A stretch of 63,884 nucleotides of DNA, the filler included, from an uncultured Acidimicrobiia bacterium (GTDB lineage: Bacteria; Actinomycetota; Acidimicrobiia; Spongiisociales; JAOTWH01), in the NCBI GenBank assembly GCA_964347285.1. It is 3 parts of 3 records of this genome, joined end to end, with 100 filler letters (N's around TTAATTAATTAA, not from the genome) between each part and the next. Parts side by side here need not be neighbours in the genome. Positions count along the whole stretch, not along the records: positions 1 to 27,444 come from CAYFYE010000022.1; positions 27,545 to 54,896 come from CAYFYE010000023.1; 1 more part is not named here. One strand, given 5' to 3'. Made by a program: the position numbers and the translations under genes. The stretch's first letter is position 1. Every line of letters begins with the position of its first letter. This document shows positions 22,104-31,749 of the stretch, piece by piece. The notes below the pieces were generated by a model, which searched no databases, was not told where the DNA came from, and saw nothing but the letters and a program-made list of their open reading frames with translations.

Positions 22104-22946
22104 TCACACCCGGTAGCCGCTCAGCAGGTCCCGGTAGGCGTCGTGGTGACGGGAAGGCTCGACGTTCTCGAGGGCCGGCTTCCGTTCCCGGCCGGTGGGC
22201 GTCGCTGCGCCGTCCCGGAAGACCATCCCCACCGCCATACGGCCCTCGAGGCTCGCCTCGACGGATACGGCCAGCGCACCGGTGCGGTCCGCCGGGTCGT
22301 AGGCGGAATCCTGGTCCACGTCGTGAAGCATGGCCTCCCACTCCGGGTAGGTGTCGTTGTAGGTGACGCACGGTGACAGCACCTCGAGGAAGGCGAAGCC
22401 GAGGCCGGCGCGCGCATGCTCGAGGGCAGCAGTCGTCAGCTCCACCAGCTGGTCGCTCCAGCGGGCAAACCCCCGCGCCACGAACGTGGACCCCGCTATC
22501 GACAGGCCGAGGCTCACCGCGTCGATGGGGCGCTCTCCGGCCGTAGCCTCGTCCAGCGTGGGAGAGGCCTGGCCCTTGGTGAGCCCGTAGATCCCGTTGT
22601 TCATGACGATGTAGACGAGCGAGGGATTGCGCCGGAAGGTGTGGACCAGATGGCCCATGCCGATGGCATAGCCATCGCCGTCCCCTCCGGTGGCAATGAC
22701 GGTCAGGTCGGGATTGGCCAAGTGGACACCGGTCGCTGCGGGAAGGACCCGTCCGTGGAGGGCGTGGTATCCGTAGGTGCCAAGGTTGTTCTGGATGGTG
22801 CCGCTGCATCCGATGCCGGCCAGCACGATCACCTCGTGAGGCCGGATGCCCAGATCGTCGAGTGCCCGAATCAGAGCTGCCTGCACGCCGAAGTGCCCGC
22901 ACCCGGCACACCAGATGGGCTGAGCGGGGGCATAGGTATCGGTCAC
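22104..22946 (-). CDS. korB: 2-oxoacid:ferredoxin oxidoreductase beta (TPP-binding) subunit
   Basis: WCAGCG, GIGCSG, GGDGDGYAIG, NNGIYGLTKGQ, SPCVTYN. Confidence 0.9.
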   Translation of the reverse strand: MTDTYAPAQPIWCAGCGHFGVQAALIRALDDLGIRPHEVIVLAGIGCSGTIQNNLGTYGYHALHGRVLPAATGVHLANPDLTVIATGGDGDGYAIGMGHLVHTFRRNPSLVYIVMNNGIYGLTKGQASPTLDEATAGERPIDAVSLGLSIAGSTFVARGFARWSDQLVELTTAALEHARAGLGFAFLEVLSPCVTYNDTYPEWEAMLHDVDQDSAYDPADRTGALAVSVEASLEGRMAVGMVFRDGAATPTGRERKPALENVEPSRHHDAYRDLLSGYRV

Positions 22947-24715
22947 GGCGCCCCCCGTTCGGCCTCGAGGATTCGCTGTGCCAGCTCACCGGGCCGGAAG
23001 GGCTCTCCGTCGAACTTGAGAATGTTGCGCAGCCGGTCGTGGGGAGCCCCGACCGAGGCCAGCAGGTGGGCCAGCTGGCCCTCGGCGTTGTGCTCGATCA
23101 CGTACACCCTCCGTCGCTCTCGAACGAACTGCACCGTCTCCTCGAGCACCGGCCACAAGGTGCGGGGATGGTGGCAGGCCGCCGCCAACCCGGCACCGTC
23201 GAGGAGCTCCGAGGCTTCCTGCATCGGCCCTACCTCCATCCCGATCCCCAACAGGCCGACCGCAGCGCCCGGGTCGCCCCAGAACCGGCCGCTCGGCAGT
23301 TCGGAGCGGATGTGATCGACTTTGCGCATGCGCTTGAGCAGCATCTCCCCCCGATTGGCCGGTTCGGTCGACACGTGTCCCCATTCGGTCCGCTCATTGC
23401 CGGTGATCAGGCTCATGCCCCCCGGAGTCCCCGGCAGCGCCCAGGGGGAGACGCCGTCTTCGGTGATGAGATAGCGCCGGTACTCGGCCATTCCGGTCAG
23501 GTCGTCGCCGGACAGGCGCTTGCCGGGGGCGACGGACACCGAGGCGAAGTCGAACGGCTCCACCGTGGCCGAATCTTGGGAGACCTTCTGGTCGAGGGCC
23601 AGGTACACCGGGCACTGCAGGCGCTGGGAGAGGTTGGTGGCCGCCGCCGCCAGCTCGAAGCAGTCGGCCGGGTCGCCCGGTGCCAGCACGACGCGGGGGA
23701 AGTCGCCGTTCCCGCCGTGGACCAGCATGTTGATGTCGCTCTGCTCGGGCTTGGTCGGCATTCCGGTCGACGGCCCGGATCGCTGGCAATCGACGACCAC
23801 CATGGGGATCTCGGCCGATCCCAGGTGGCTGACCCCCTCCTGCATGAGGGCAATACCGGGACCGGAGGTGGCCGTCATGGCCCGGGTGCCGGCCAGCGCC
23901 GCCCCGATCCCCATGTTGATCGCCGACAGCTCGTCCTCGGTCTGGACCGCCACCCCGCCGAACTTGGGCAAGTTCCTCGACAGCCACTCGAGGATCTCCG
24001 AGGCCGGGGTGATCGGGTAGCCGGTGTAAAAGCGCCCGCCGGCCGCCACGAAGCCCATGGCGATGGCCTCGTTGCCACTGATGAGAATGCGCTCGTCCCG
24101 CTCGACCCGGGCCAGCGTGAAGGGCCCCTCGCCCGCTCCCAGACCGTGCTCGTCGGCATAGGCGAAGCCGGCCCGGAGCGCCCGCAGGTTGGCCTCGATG
24201 AGCGCTTCCGAACGGCGCCGGAACCGGTCTCGGAGGCAGGTCACCGCCTCGACGTCGTCCACCCCCAGCGTGCGGGCCACCACCCCGAAACCGAGGCTGT
24301 TCTTGAACAGATCGCGCCGCAGGTCGCGCACCGCCATCCGGGCGAAGGGAACCTCGAAGACCCGAGCGGTGTCGGGCAGGTATCCGGGGGGGACCGGGCC
24401 GGCCGAGGCGTCGAAGATGACCACCCCCTCCGCCGAGAGACGGCTGCCCGCCTTTTCGATCGCCTCGCCGTCGAAGGCAACCAGCAGGTCGAGCCGGTCG
24501 CCGATGCACCCCCGGGGCACGGTGGACCCGCGTAGCAGAGCAGCGGCATGGCCTCCTTTGATGCGCGAGGCGACGTTGCGAGCCGTATACATGTCGAATC
24601 CGCGGCGGGCCAGCAGCTGTCCCAGCAGCGTGACCACGGTCAGCGATCCGTCGCCGCCCTGGCCGGCCACCATCACGTTGATGTCGGTGAGCTTGGTCCG
24701 GGCCCCGACGGTCAT
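22943..24715 (-). CDS. korA: 2-oxoacid:ferredoxin oxidoreductase alpha subunit (gamma-alpha fusion)
   Basis: AGQGGDG, SGNEAIAMG, YPITPASE, QTEDE, ATSGPG, QRSGPSTGMPTK. Confidence 0.9.
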   Translation of the reverse strand: MTVGARTKLTDINVMVAGQGGDGSLTVVTLLGQLLARRGFDMYTARNVASRIKGGHAAALLRGSTVPRGCIGDRLDLLVAFDGEAIEKAGSRLSAEGVVIFDASAGPVPPGYLPDTARVFEVPFARMAVRDLRRDLFKNSLGFGVVARTLGVDDVEAVTCLRDRFRRRSEALIEANLRALRAGFAYADEHGLGAGEGPFTLARVERDERILISGNEAIAMGFVAAGGRFYTGYPITPASEILEWLSRNLPKFGGVAVQTEDELSAINMGIGAALAGTRAMTATSGPGIALMQEGVSHLGSAEIPMVVVDCQRSGPSTGMPTKPEQSDINMLVHGGNGDFPRVVLAPGDPADCFELAAAATNLSQRLQCPVYLALDQKVSQDSATVEPFDFASVSVAPGKRLSGDDLTGMAEYRRYLITEDGVSPWALPGTPGGMSLITGNERTEWGHVSTEPANRGEMLLKRMRKVDHIRSELPSGRFWGDPGAAVGLLGIGMEVGPMQEASELLDGAGLAAACHHPRTLWPVLEETVQFVRERRRVYVIEHNAEGQLAHLLASVGAPHDRLRNILKFDGEPFRPGELAQRILEAERGAP

Positions 24716-26022
24716 GGCCCATCGCCTCCGTTGGGACCGGCCGCATCAGGAGCCCCGGGACCCTTGGTGTAGAAGGTCTTCGGGTCCAGATGGTCGAGCG
24801 CAATGCGCTCGTCGAGCGTCGGCATCTGGGCGGGCAGGGGCCGATTCCGCTTCTTGTCGGCGGAGAGCTTGTCGAGGAGAAACTCTCCCCTGGGCTCGTC
24901 GTCCAACGGCCTGGTTTCGATCCAGCCGTCGTCGACCGCAGCCTGAAAGGCCCGATGGCCTTCCTCGGTCCTGATCAGGGTGTAGGTCCACCCATCGAGG
25001 CCGATTCCCCCGGCCCCGATGTCGGAGTTCTCGGCCCCGTAGTCCAGGCAGTACAGGCAGGCCGGCCTTGCGAACTGCCGGTATTTCTTGAGCGAGGTGG
25101 TGACGACTTCGTCGTCGTCGAGGCGCACGATGACCTTTCCCTTGATGTTGATGTTCTCGATCCGCCCCGGCTCCACGTCGATCATCTCCCCCAGCTTCTC
25201 GATGCTCTCGTGGGTGAAGCTTTCCGAGCAGAACAGTCCAATCACCAGAGAGATGTTGTCCCGGTACCAGTTGGCCATCTCGAGGCGGATGCTCGAAAAC
25301 TGCTGGAGCCGTACCCCGTCCACCTGGCATGGCACACCCACCACCGCCAGCGGGCGGACGTCTCGTCGCATCGCCTCCAGGAGAGCGAGGGTGTTCGGCG
25401 AGTAGGTGTAGCGGGATCCGGCACAGGCCAGCACCTCGGACCGGGTCCGCGCCAGCTTGTGACGGCCGATCTGGGAGTTGTCGGGCATCACATCGCCGAG
25501 GATCGCTCCGGCCAGCGTGCCGGCTTCCAGCCCATGGATCACCAGGGCCGACACCATTCCGCCGTCCTGGCCCCTTCCGAGGATCTCGGGATCGACGGCC
25601 CGGGCGTAGACGCCGTAGCTGTAGGTGCCGTAGACCGAGTCGTGGGCCGGGGGGCGGAATGCCAGCAGCTGGGGCAGATCCTTGTCGACCGGCCGGAGCA
25701 CCGGGCACACCTCGGCGCACAGCACGCAGAAAACGCACGCGTCGGTTCGGGTATCGACCGGGCGCTCGTCCAGGTAATCGAACACGTCGACCGGGCAGAT
25801 GGTCACGCACGAGGCGCACCCCACGCACTTGCCGGATTCGACGATCTCCTCCATCAGGAAGTCGACGGCACGAAACCCGCCGCGGTTCAGCTCGGTGCGC
25901 CAGGAATACGCCCATTCGTGAGGATCGGCGCCTTCCGCCAGGAGCCGGCGATATCGGTCTCGAACCCGCTGCGACCCACCGTCCGACCGGGGATAGCGAC
26001 TCGCCGCAGCGGGATCGGTCAT
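24712..26022 (-). CDS. FrhB/FpoF-like FAD/Fe-S protein with a 2x[4Fe-4S] ferredoxin domain
   Basis: CVGCASCVTICP and CVFCVLCAEVCP; GQDGGMVSAL, GSRYT, VGVPCQV, IGLFCSESF, CLYCLDY..DIGAG..GWT..LIRT. Confidence 0.85.
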   Translation of the reverse strand: MTDPAAASRYPRSDGGSQRVRDRYRRLLAEGADPHEWAYSWRTELNRGGFRAVDFLMEEIVESGKCVGCASCVTICPVDVFDYLDERPVDTRTDACVFCVLCAEVCPVLRPVDKDLPQLLAFRPPAHDSVYGTYSYGVYARAVDPEILGRGQDGGMVSALVIHGLEAGTLAGAILGDVMPDNSQIGRHKLARTRSEVLACAGSRYTYSPNTLALLEAMRRDVRPLAVVGVPCQVDGVRLQQFSSIRLEMANWYRDNISLVIGLFCSESFTHESIEKLGEMIDVEPGRIENINIKGKVIVRLDDDEVVTTSLKKYRQFARPACLYCLDYGAENSDIGAGGIGLDGWTYTLIRTEEGHRAFQAAVDDGWIETRPLDDEPRGEFLLDKLSADKKRNRPLPAQMPTLDERIALDHLDPKTFYTKGPGAPDAAGPNGGDGP

Positions 26023-26066
26023 CGGTCCGCCTCGGTACGAGTAGCTGGCACGGCGCCGGATCCCGT

Positions 26067-26324
26067 CTACATCTCCACGATGAGGTGGACGCCGTCCGCC
26101 ACGTCGTACGACCCGCAATCCTCATCACTGACGAAGAGGCACACCTCGAGGGGAGGCTCGGGGTGCTCGTCGCTGAAGTGGGCGAATCCATCGCCGTCCG
26201 TGGTTTCCGAGCTCCAGGTCCGGGGGCTGCCTTCGTAGCGGTAGCGGGCGCCCACCTCGAGGTCGGGTACCGGGATGCCCTCGCCGTCGACCACCTCGAC
26301 GGCGAACGAGACCCTGACGGCCAT
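26067..26324 (-). CDS. Hypothetical small beta-sandwich-like protein
   Basis: 85 aa with VVDGEGIPVP..TTDGDGFAHF pattern; AAAGG RBS. Confidence 0.55.
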   Translation of the reverse strand: MAVRVSFAVEVVDGEGIPVPDLEVGARYRYEGSPRTWSSETTDGDGFAHFSDEHPEPPLEVCLFVSDEDCGSYDVADGVHLIVEM

Positions 26325-26477
26325 GATCACGCCTTTCTGCCGGGCTCGACGCTGCGAAGGGGCGACGACCACGGCACGGTCAGCTTACCGGAGTCCGCCG
26401 CGCCCCAAGAGGCGGGGCGCGCAGGCTCCCCGACTCGGGGAGCCTGCTGCGAGGAGGAGCGGAGTAGCCTCGTCCCC

Positions 26478-27444
26478 ATGCCCCTCGACGACGACCTCAG
26501 GGCGCTGCTGGGCGACGAGCAGGTGCTGACCGAGCCGCTGGAGCTCCATCTCTACGGCACCGACGCCGGGGTGCGGCGCGGTGAGGCGGCGGCGGTGGCG
26601 TTTCCCGAGACGACCGAGCAGGTGGCCGCCATCATCGAGATCGCTCGGCGCTACGAAATCCCGGTGGTGGCCCGGGGGGCCGGAACCGGCCTGGCCGGAG
26701 GAGCGGTTCCCACAGAGCCGTCCCTGCTGTTGGTGCTGACCCGGATGAATCGCATCTGGGAGGTCGACGGCGACCAGCAGCGGGCCTGGGTGGGACCGGG
26801 GGTCATCAACCTCGACCTGACCCGCCACACGGCCTCGCTGGGGCTTCATTTCGCGCCGGATCCCTCATCCCAGCAGGCGTGCACCATCGGCGGCAACGTG
26901 GCCACCAACTCCGGGGGGCCTCACTGCCTGGCCGAGGGGACCACCGTCAATCACGTCCTGGCGATCGAGATGGTCACGGCAGCCGGCGATGTAATGACCC
27001 TGGGCGGAGAGGCACCCGATCCGCTCGGCCTGGATCTGCGGGCGGTGGTGGTGGGCTCGGAAGGCACGCTGGGCATCGTCACCCGGGTGCTCGTCAAGCT
27101 GACGCCAGACCCTCCCGCGGTGCGAACCATGCTGGTGGCCTTCGACTCGATGGAGGAGGCCGCCGCCACCGTCTCGGGAATCATCGCAGCGGGTGTGGTC
27201 CCCGCCGCCCTGGAGATGATGGATCGCCCCATGGTCCGCTGCGTCGAGAACTGGCTTCACGCCGGCCTGAACACGGAGGCGGCCGTCCTCCTGCTCACCG
27301 AGGTGGCCGGCCACCCGGCGGCCGTGGCCCCTGAAACCGAGGTGATCGAGCGCATCTCCCGCGAGCACCGGGCGGCCGAGATCCGGGTCGCCCGGGACGA
27401 GGCGGAGCGGGCCCTGCTGTGGAAGGGGCGCAAGTCGGCGTTCG
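26478..27444 (+). CDS. FAD-linked oxidase of the GlcD/D-lactate dehydrogenase family; truncated at the contig end
   Basis: VARGAGTGLAGG, PDPSSQQACTIGGNVATNSGGPHC, GSEGTLG. Confidence 0.88.
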
Positions 27445-27544
27445 NNNNNNNNNNNNNNNNNNNNNNNNNNNNNNNNNNNNNNNNNNNNTTAATTAATTAA
27501 NNNNNNNNNNNNNNNNNNNNNNNNNNNNNNNNNNNNNNNNNNNN
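27445..27544. other. Artificial contig linker
   Basis: N44-TTAATTAATTAA-N44; stop codons in all six frames; genes truncated on both sides. Confidence 0.97.
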
Positions 27545-28337
27545 CCTGGGGGCGATCGCCGCCAGTTGGGTTGCCCGCGAGGTTCCCGGGCCCTCCGCGG
27601 TGGTGATTCCGGTTGCGATCGTCGCCGGCATCGTCGGAGGGACGCTGTGGGCGCTTCTGGCCGGAGTGTTGAAGACCCGGGGCAAGGTCAACGAGATCTT
27701 CGGGGGCCTCGGACTCGACTTCGTTGCCACCAGCCTCGCCATCTATCTCGTCATCGGGCCCTGGGCTCGGGAAGGGATCGCCTCGACCAGCGGCACCGAC
27801 CTGTTCCGGCGGGAGGCCTGGCTTCCCACCGTCGGCAACACCAACCTCTCGCTGGTCGCCGTGGGCCTGGTGGTGGCCGGAGTCGTGATGGTCTACATCC
27901 TGATGCGGGGGACCCTGTTCGGACTCAAGCTGAAGGCCGTGGGCCGCAACATCCGTAGCGCCTTCCTGCTCGGCATTCCCACCGAGCGTTTCTTGCTCGG
28001 TGCCTTCGCGCTGTGTGGAGCCCTGGCGGGGATCGGCGGAACCGTGCAGGCCATCGGGTTCCACCACAAGCTGGTGCCGGCGGTGTCGGGAGGCTACGGA
28101 TTCCTCGGGATCCTGGTCGTCCTCTTGGCCGGATTCCGAGCCGCCTGGGTCGCCCCCATTGCCCTGTTCTTCGCCATGATCTCGGTGGGCAGCACGCAGC
28201 TCCAGCTGCGCCTCGATCTCGACACCTCGCTGGGGGGCGTGCTGCAGGGCGTGCTGGTGCTGTTCGTCGTGCTGGGCGGCGGGTATCAGCTGTGGCGCTC
28301 CTTGCGGGCGCCCGCTGCCACACCGGGGGAGGAGTAG
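27545..28337 (+). CDS. Nucleoside/sugar ABC transporter permease; 5' end truncated
   Basis: Multiple TM segments; VNEIFGGL, LKAVGRN..A..LGI loop, GYGFLGILVVLL. Confidence 0.85.
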
Positions 28338-28340
28338 CGC

Positions 28341-29315
28341 GTGGACGCGCTGGAAGCCATCCGCGACGTCTTCACAGTGGCAGGCCTGGCCTCCATCGTG
28401 GCCGCCGCTTCTCCCCTGATCTATGCAACGATCGGCGAGACGATCACCGAGAAGTCGGGGGTCATCAACCTCTCCCTCGAGGGCAGCATCATGCTGTCGG
28501 CGATGGTCGCATTTGCCGCCTCCTTCGTCAGCGGAAACGTGATCGTCGGCTTCCTGGCGGCTGCGGCGGTCGGGTTGGTGATCGCCGCCCTCATCGCCTT
28601 CGCCTCGATCGAGCTGCGCCTCAACCAGATCGCAGTCGGGTTCGTCCTGACCCTGCTGGCCGTCGATCTCAGCGACTTCCTCGGCAATTCCTACGTCGGC
28701 CAGCCCGGGCCGCGCGTTTCGCCGATGGCGATCCCCTGGCTGTCGGACATCCCATGGGTAGGGGAAGTCTTCTTCGACCACAACCTGGCGGTCTACGGAA
28801 GCTATGTGGCCATCATCGCCGCGTTCGTGTTCATCTACAAGACCCGGCGCGGGCTGGAGCTACAGGGGATCGGCGAGCGGCCCGAAGGTGCCTTCGCCCG
28901 GGGCGTCCCGGTCAACAAGCTGCGCTACTTCTACACGGTCCTCGGCGGAGCCCTGGTCGGAGTGGCCGGGGCCGCCTTCTCCCTCGACCAGAGGCTGGGC
29001 TGGCGGGACAACCTCACGCTCAACCTGGGCTGGATCGCTCTGGCGATCGTCATCTTCGGGGGCTGGCACCCGATCCGGGTCGCCATCGGCGTCTACTTGT
29101 TCGGCTTTCTCCAGGCGGTGGCGCTCAAGCTGCAGCCGGTCTTCCCGGACCTGTCCCAGGTGCTGCCGACCGCTCCCTTCCCCATGATGATCGCCATGCT
29201 GCTCATCGTGTACACCCAGTGGTTCCGACGCATGGGCGACCGTTACCCAAACGTGCGCGGGTTCTTGTCGTCCGATCCTCCGTCCGGCATCGGGGTGGCC
29301 TTCCACAGGGAATGA
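28341..29315 (+). CDS. Nucleoside ABC transporter permease
   Basis: IGETITEKSGVINLSLEG, GERPEGAFARGV, GWIALAIVIFGGW. Confidence 0.9.
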   Translation: MDALEAIRDVFTVAGLASIVAAASPLIYATIGETITEKSGVINLSLEGSIMLSAMVAFAASFVSGNVIVGFLAAAAVGLVIAALIAFASIELRLNQIAVGFVLTLLAVDLSDFLGNSYVGQPGPRVSPMAIPWLSDIPWVGEVFFDHNLAVYGSYVAIIAAFVFIYKTRRGLELQGIGERPEGAFARGVPVNKLRYFYTVLGGALVGVAGAAFSLDQRLGWRDNLTLNLGWIALAIVIFGGWHPIRVAIGVYLFGFLQAVALKLQPVFPDLSQVLPTAPFPMMIAMLLIVYTQWFRRMGDRYPNVRGFLSSDPPSGIGVAFHRE

Positions 29316-29328
29316 CGCGGTGGTGCCG

Positions 29329-30339
29329 TCAGTCGTTGGCGGCCCCGTAGGCGTCGACCTCCGCCAGGTAGCCCGCCTTCTCCCCCTCCGGTAGAAACGA
29401 AGCCTCGAACGAGTTACGGGCGAGGGTCAGCAGGTCGGTGCGGCTGAGCTCGAGCGCTCGGGCCGTCTCGAGGTAGTTGTCGCCGATGTAGCCGCCGAAG
29501 TAGGCGGGGTCGTCGGAGTTGATCGTGATCACCACTCCCCGATCCAGAAGGCGCTTCAGGTTGTGCTCCTCGAGTGCGGGGAATACCCGCAGCTTGACAT
29601 TCGACAAAGGGCACACGGTCAGCGGAGTGCGTTGGTCGATGAGGCGAAGGAGAAGATCCTCGTCGTCCTCGCAGCGAACGCCATGGTCGATGCGATCTGC
29701 GTCCAGGTGGTCGAGTGCTCCGGCGATGTAATCGGCCGGCCCCTCTTCGCCGGCGTGAGCCACCGTCCGCAGCCCGGCGGCCCGAGCCCGGGCAAAGACT
29801 TCGGCGAATCTCTCGGGAGGGTTGCCCACCTCCGACGAGTCCAGTCCAACGGCAACGATCTGGTCCCGAAAGGGAAGGGCCTGGTCCAGAGTCTCCATGG
29901 CCGCTGCTTCGCTCAGATGGCGAAGGAAGCACATGATGAGGTAGGACGAGATACCCAGACGTTCGGCGGCGTCGGCTCGGGCTCGGGCGAAGCCGTTCAT
30001 GAAGGCCTCGAATGGGAGCCGGCGCTCGGTGTGGGTCTGCGGGTCGAAGAAGATCTCGGCGTGCCGCACACCGTCGGCGCCGGCCCGCTCGAAGTAGGCG
30101 GTCATCAGCTCGTAGAAGTCCTGTTCGTTTTGGAGGACGGCCGCCCCTTGGTAGTAGATGTCGAGGAAGGACTGCAGGTTGGTGAACTGGTACGCGGCCC
30201 GAACCTCGTCGACGGACTGGAAGGCAAGCGAGACCCCGTTGCGGGCCGCCAATTCGAACATCATCTCCGGCTCGAGTGTGCCTTCGATGTGAACGTGCAA
30301 CTCGGCCTTGGGAACACCCCTGACGAAGGCGTCGAGCAT
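29329..30339 (-). CDS. add: Adenosine/adenine deaminase
   Basis: PKAELHVHIEGTLEP, HAGEEG, RIDHG, CPLSN, NSDDPAYF. Confidence 0.9.
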   Translation of the reverse strand: MLDAFVRGVPKAELHVHIEGTLEPEMMFELAARNGVSLAFQSVDEVRAAYQFTNLQSFLDIYYQGAAVLQNEQDFYELMTAYFERAGADGVRHAEIFFDPQTHTERRLPFEAFMNGFARARADAAERLGISSYLIMCFLRHLSEAAAMETLDQALPFRDQIVAVGLDSSEVGNPPERFAEVFARARAAGLRTVAHAGEEGPADYIAGALDHLDADRIDHGVRCEDDEDLLLRLIDQRTPLTVCPLSNVKLRVFPALEEHNLKRLLDRGVVITINSDDPAYFGGYIGDNYLETARALELSRTDLLTLARNSFEASFLPEGEKAGYLAEVDAYGAAND

Positions 30340-30407
30340 CGCCAGATTCAAGCAGGTGGAGACCAGCGATGAGAGCGACGAGCGCTCCGCGAGTACAGTC
30401 CCGTCCG

Positions 30408-30980
30408 ATGCTGGTGCTGGCCTCCCGCTCGCCCGGTCGCCGCCTCGTCCTCGAAATGCTCGGGATCGACCACGTCGTCGACCCGGTCGCCATCGACGAG
30501 GCCCGCCGCCCCGACGAGGCGCCGGTCGCCTACGTCTCCCGGCTCGCCGCCGAAAAGGCACACGAGGCTGCCCGGCGTCATCCCGACACCTGGGTTCTGG
30601 CCGCCGACACCGCCGTGTCCTTCGACGGGCAGATTCTCGGCAAGCCACCGTCTGAGTCCGGAGCAGTGGAGATGCTGGACATGCTGTGTGGCCACCGCCA
30701 CGAGGTGGTCACCGCCGTGGCGCTGGGCCGCGACGATGCGGTGCGGACCGGTGTCGACGCCACCTCGGTATGGCTGAGGCGGGCCAGCCTCCGACAGCTC
30801 GAGGCCTATGTGGCGACCGGCGAGCCGATGGACAAGGCCGGCGCCTATGCCGCCCAGGGCAAAGGGGCGTCGCTGGTCGAGCGAGTCGAGGGTGACTACT
30901 TCGGTGTCGTCGGGCTCCCGGTCGGCGTACTCGTCGGCCTGCTCGAGGGCGCCGGCATCCCCTACGGCTTCGCCGACTAG
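30408..30980 (+). CDS. maf: Maf nucleoside triphosphate pyrophosphatase
   Basis: LASRSPGR, LAADT, LGKP, GEPMDKAGAY, VVGLP. Confidence 0.93.
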   Translation: MLVLASRSPGRRLVLEMLGIDHVVDPVAIDEARRPDEAPVAYVSRLAAEKAHEAARRHPDTWVLAADTAVSFDGQILGKPPSESGAVEMLDMLCGHRHEVVTAVALGRDDAVRTGVDATSVWLRRASLRQLEAYVATGEPMDKAGAYAAQGKGASLVERVEGDYFGVVGLPVGVLVGLLEGAGIPYGFAD

Positions 30981-31348
30981 CCCTGCGGGCCCGGAGTCTC
31001 CTCCATCCACCACTCGACGAATTCGCTACAGCGGCCGCCGTCGGCCAGCCGAATGACCCACAGGTTGCTGTAGGCGGTGGGAGGATCCGTATAGGTGGTC
31101 CACCCCCGCACCAGGCCCAGGTCATCGGCGATCGCCAGGACCTCCCAGCGGAAGGTCCACTCGTCCGGCTCGTCCCGGTGCTCCAGCCACCCGGCCACGA
31201 TCCCCTCGCCTCCCCGCCACGGCTCGCGGAAGGGAGCGGTGTAGTAGAGGGCATCCTCAGTGAACAGGCTGCCGATGTCACCGGGGTCGTTGCTCTCCCA
31301 CGCCGTTAGGTAGCCCCCCATCCACACCTCGAGGTCCTCGACCTCCAT
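30977..31348 (-). CDS. SnoaL/NTF2-like protein
   Basis: AWESND..LFTEDA, YSNLW, CSEFVEWW; GGAGG RBS. Confidence 0.8.
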   Translation of the reverse strand: MEVEDLEVWMGGYLTAWESNDPGDIGSLFTEDALYYTAPFREPWRGGEGIVAGWLEHRDEPDEWTFRWEVLAIADDLGLVRGWTTYTDPPTAYSNLWVIRLADGGRCSEFVEWWMEETPGPQG

Positions 31349-31462
31349 GCTGCCTCCTTCTCTCCCGTCGTTCAGCCTACGTCGCCGACGCTCGGGCCCG
31401 CTGGTAGCACGTGGTTGCACCGGGCAGAATGTGGGTGGACTGCCAGGCGAGGAGACCAGACC

Positions 31463-31723
31463 ATGGGCGAGCAATTGATAGGAACGGTGACCCACTACTT
31501 CGGCCATATCGACGTCGCCGCCTTCGAGATCACGGACGGTGGACTCAAGGTCGGCGACACCATTCACATCGTCGGTCACACGTCGGACTTCACCCAGACG
31601 GTTGACTCGATGCAGATCGAGCACGAGCAGGTGGAATCGGCCACGGTGGGGGACCAAGTGGGAGTCAAGGTAGGCGAGAAAGCCCGGGAGCACGACAAAG
31701 TATTCAAGGTGACGCCCGACTGA
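31463..31723 (+). CDS. Small translation-factor domain II-like beta-barrel protein (U32 peptidase C-terminal-like)
   Basis: IGTVTHYF, LKVGDTIHI.GHT.DF.Q.V.SMQ; GAGGAG RBS. Confidence 0.8.
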   Translation: MGEQLIGTVTHYFGHIDVAAFEITDGGLKVGDTIHIVGHTSDFTQTVDSMQIEHEQVESATVGDQVGVKVGEKAREHDKVFKVTPD

Positions 31724-31749
31724 GGTAGTCGTACCTCGCCGGGGACGGG

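Noticed and set aside
27445..27544. TTAATTAATTAA palindrome (also 54941-54952) as a regulatory or recombination site
   Set aside because: It sits in symmetric N padding and stops all six frames, so it is a concatenation linker. Adjacency across it is not biological.
27545..30339. Nucleoside ABC permeases and deaminase as part of the xdh-ygfK purine cluster
   Set aside because: They are functionally compatible but lie on a different contig, so physical linkage cannot be claimed.
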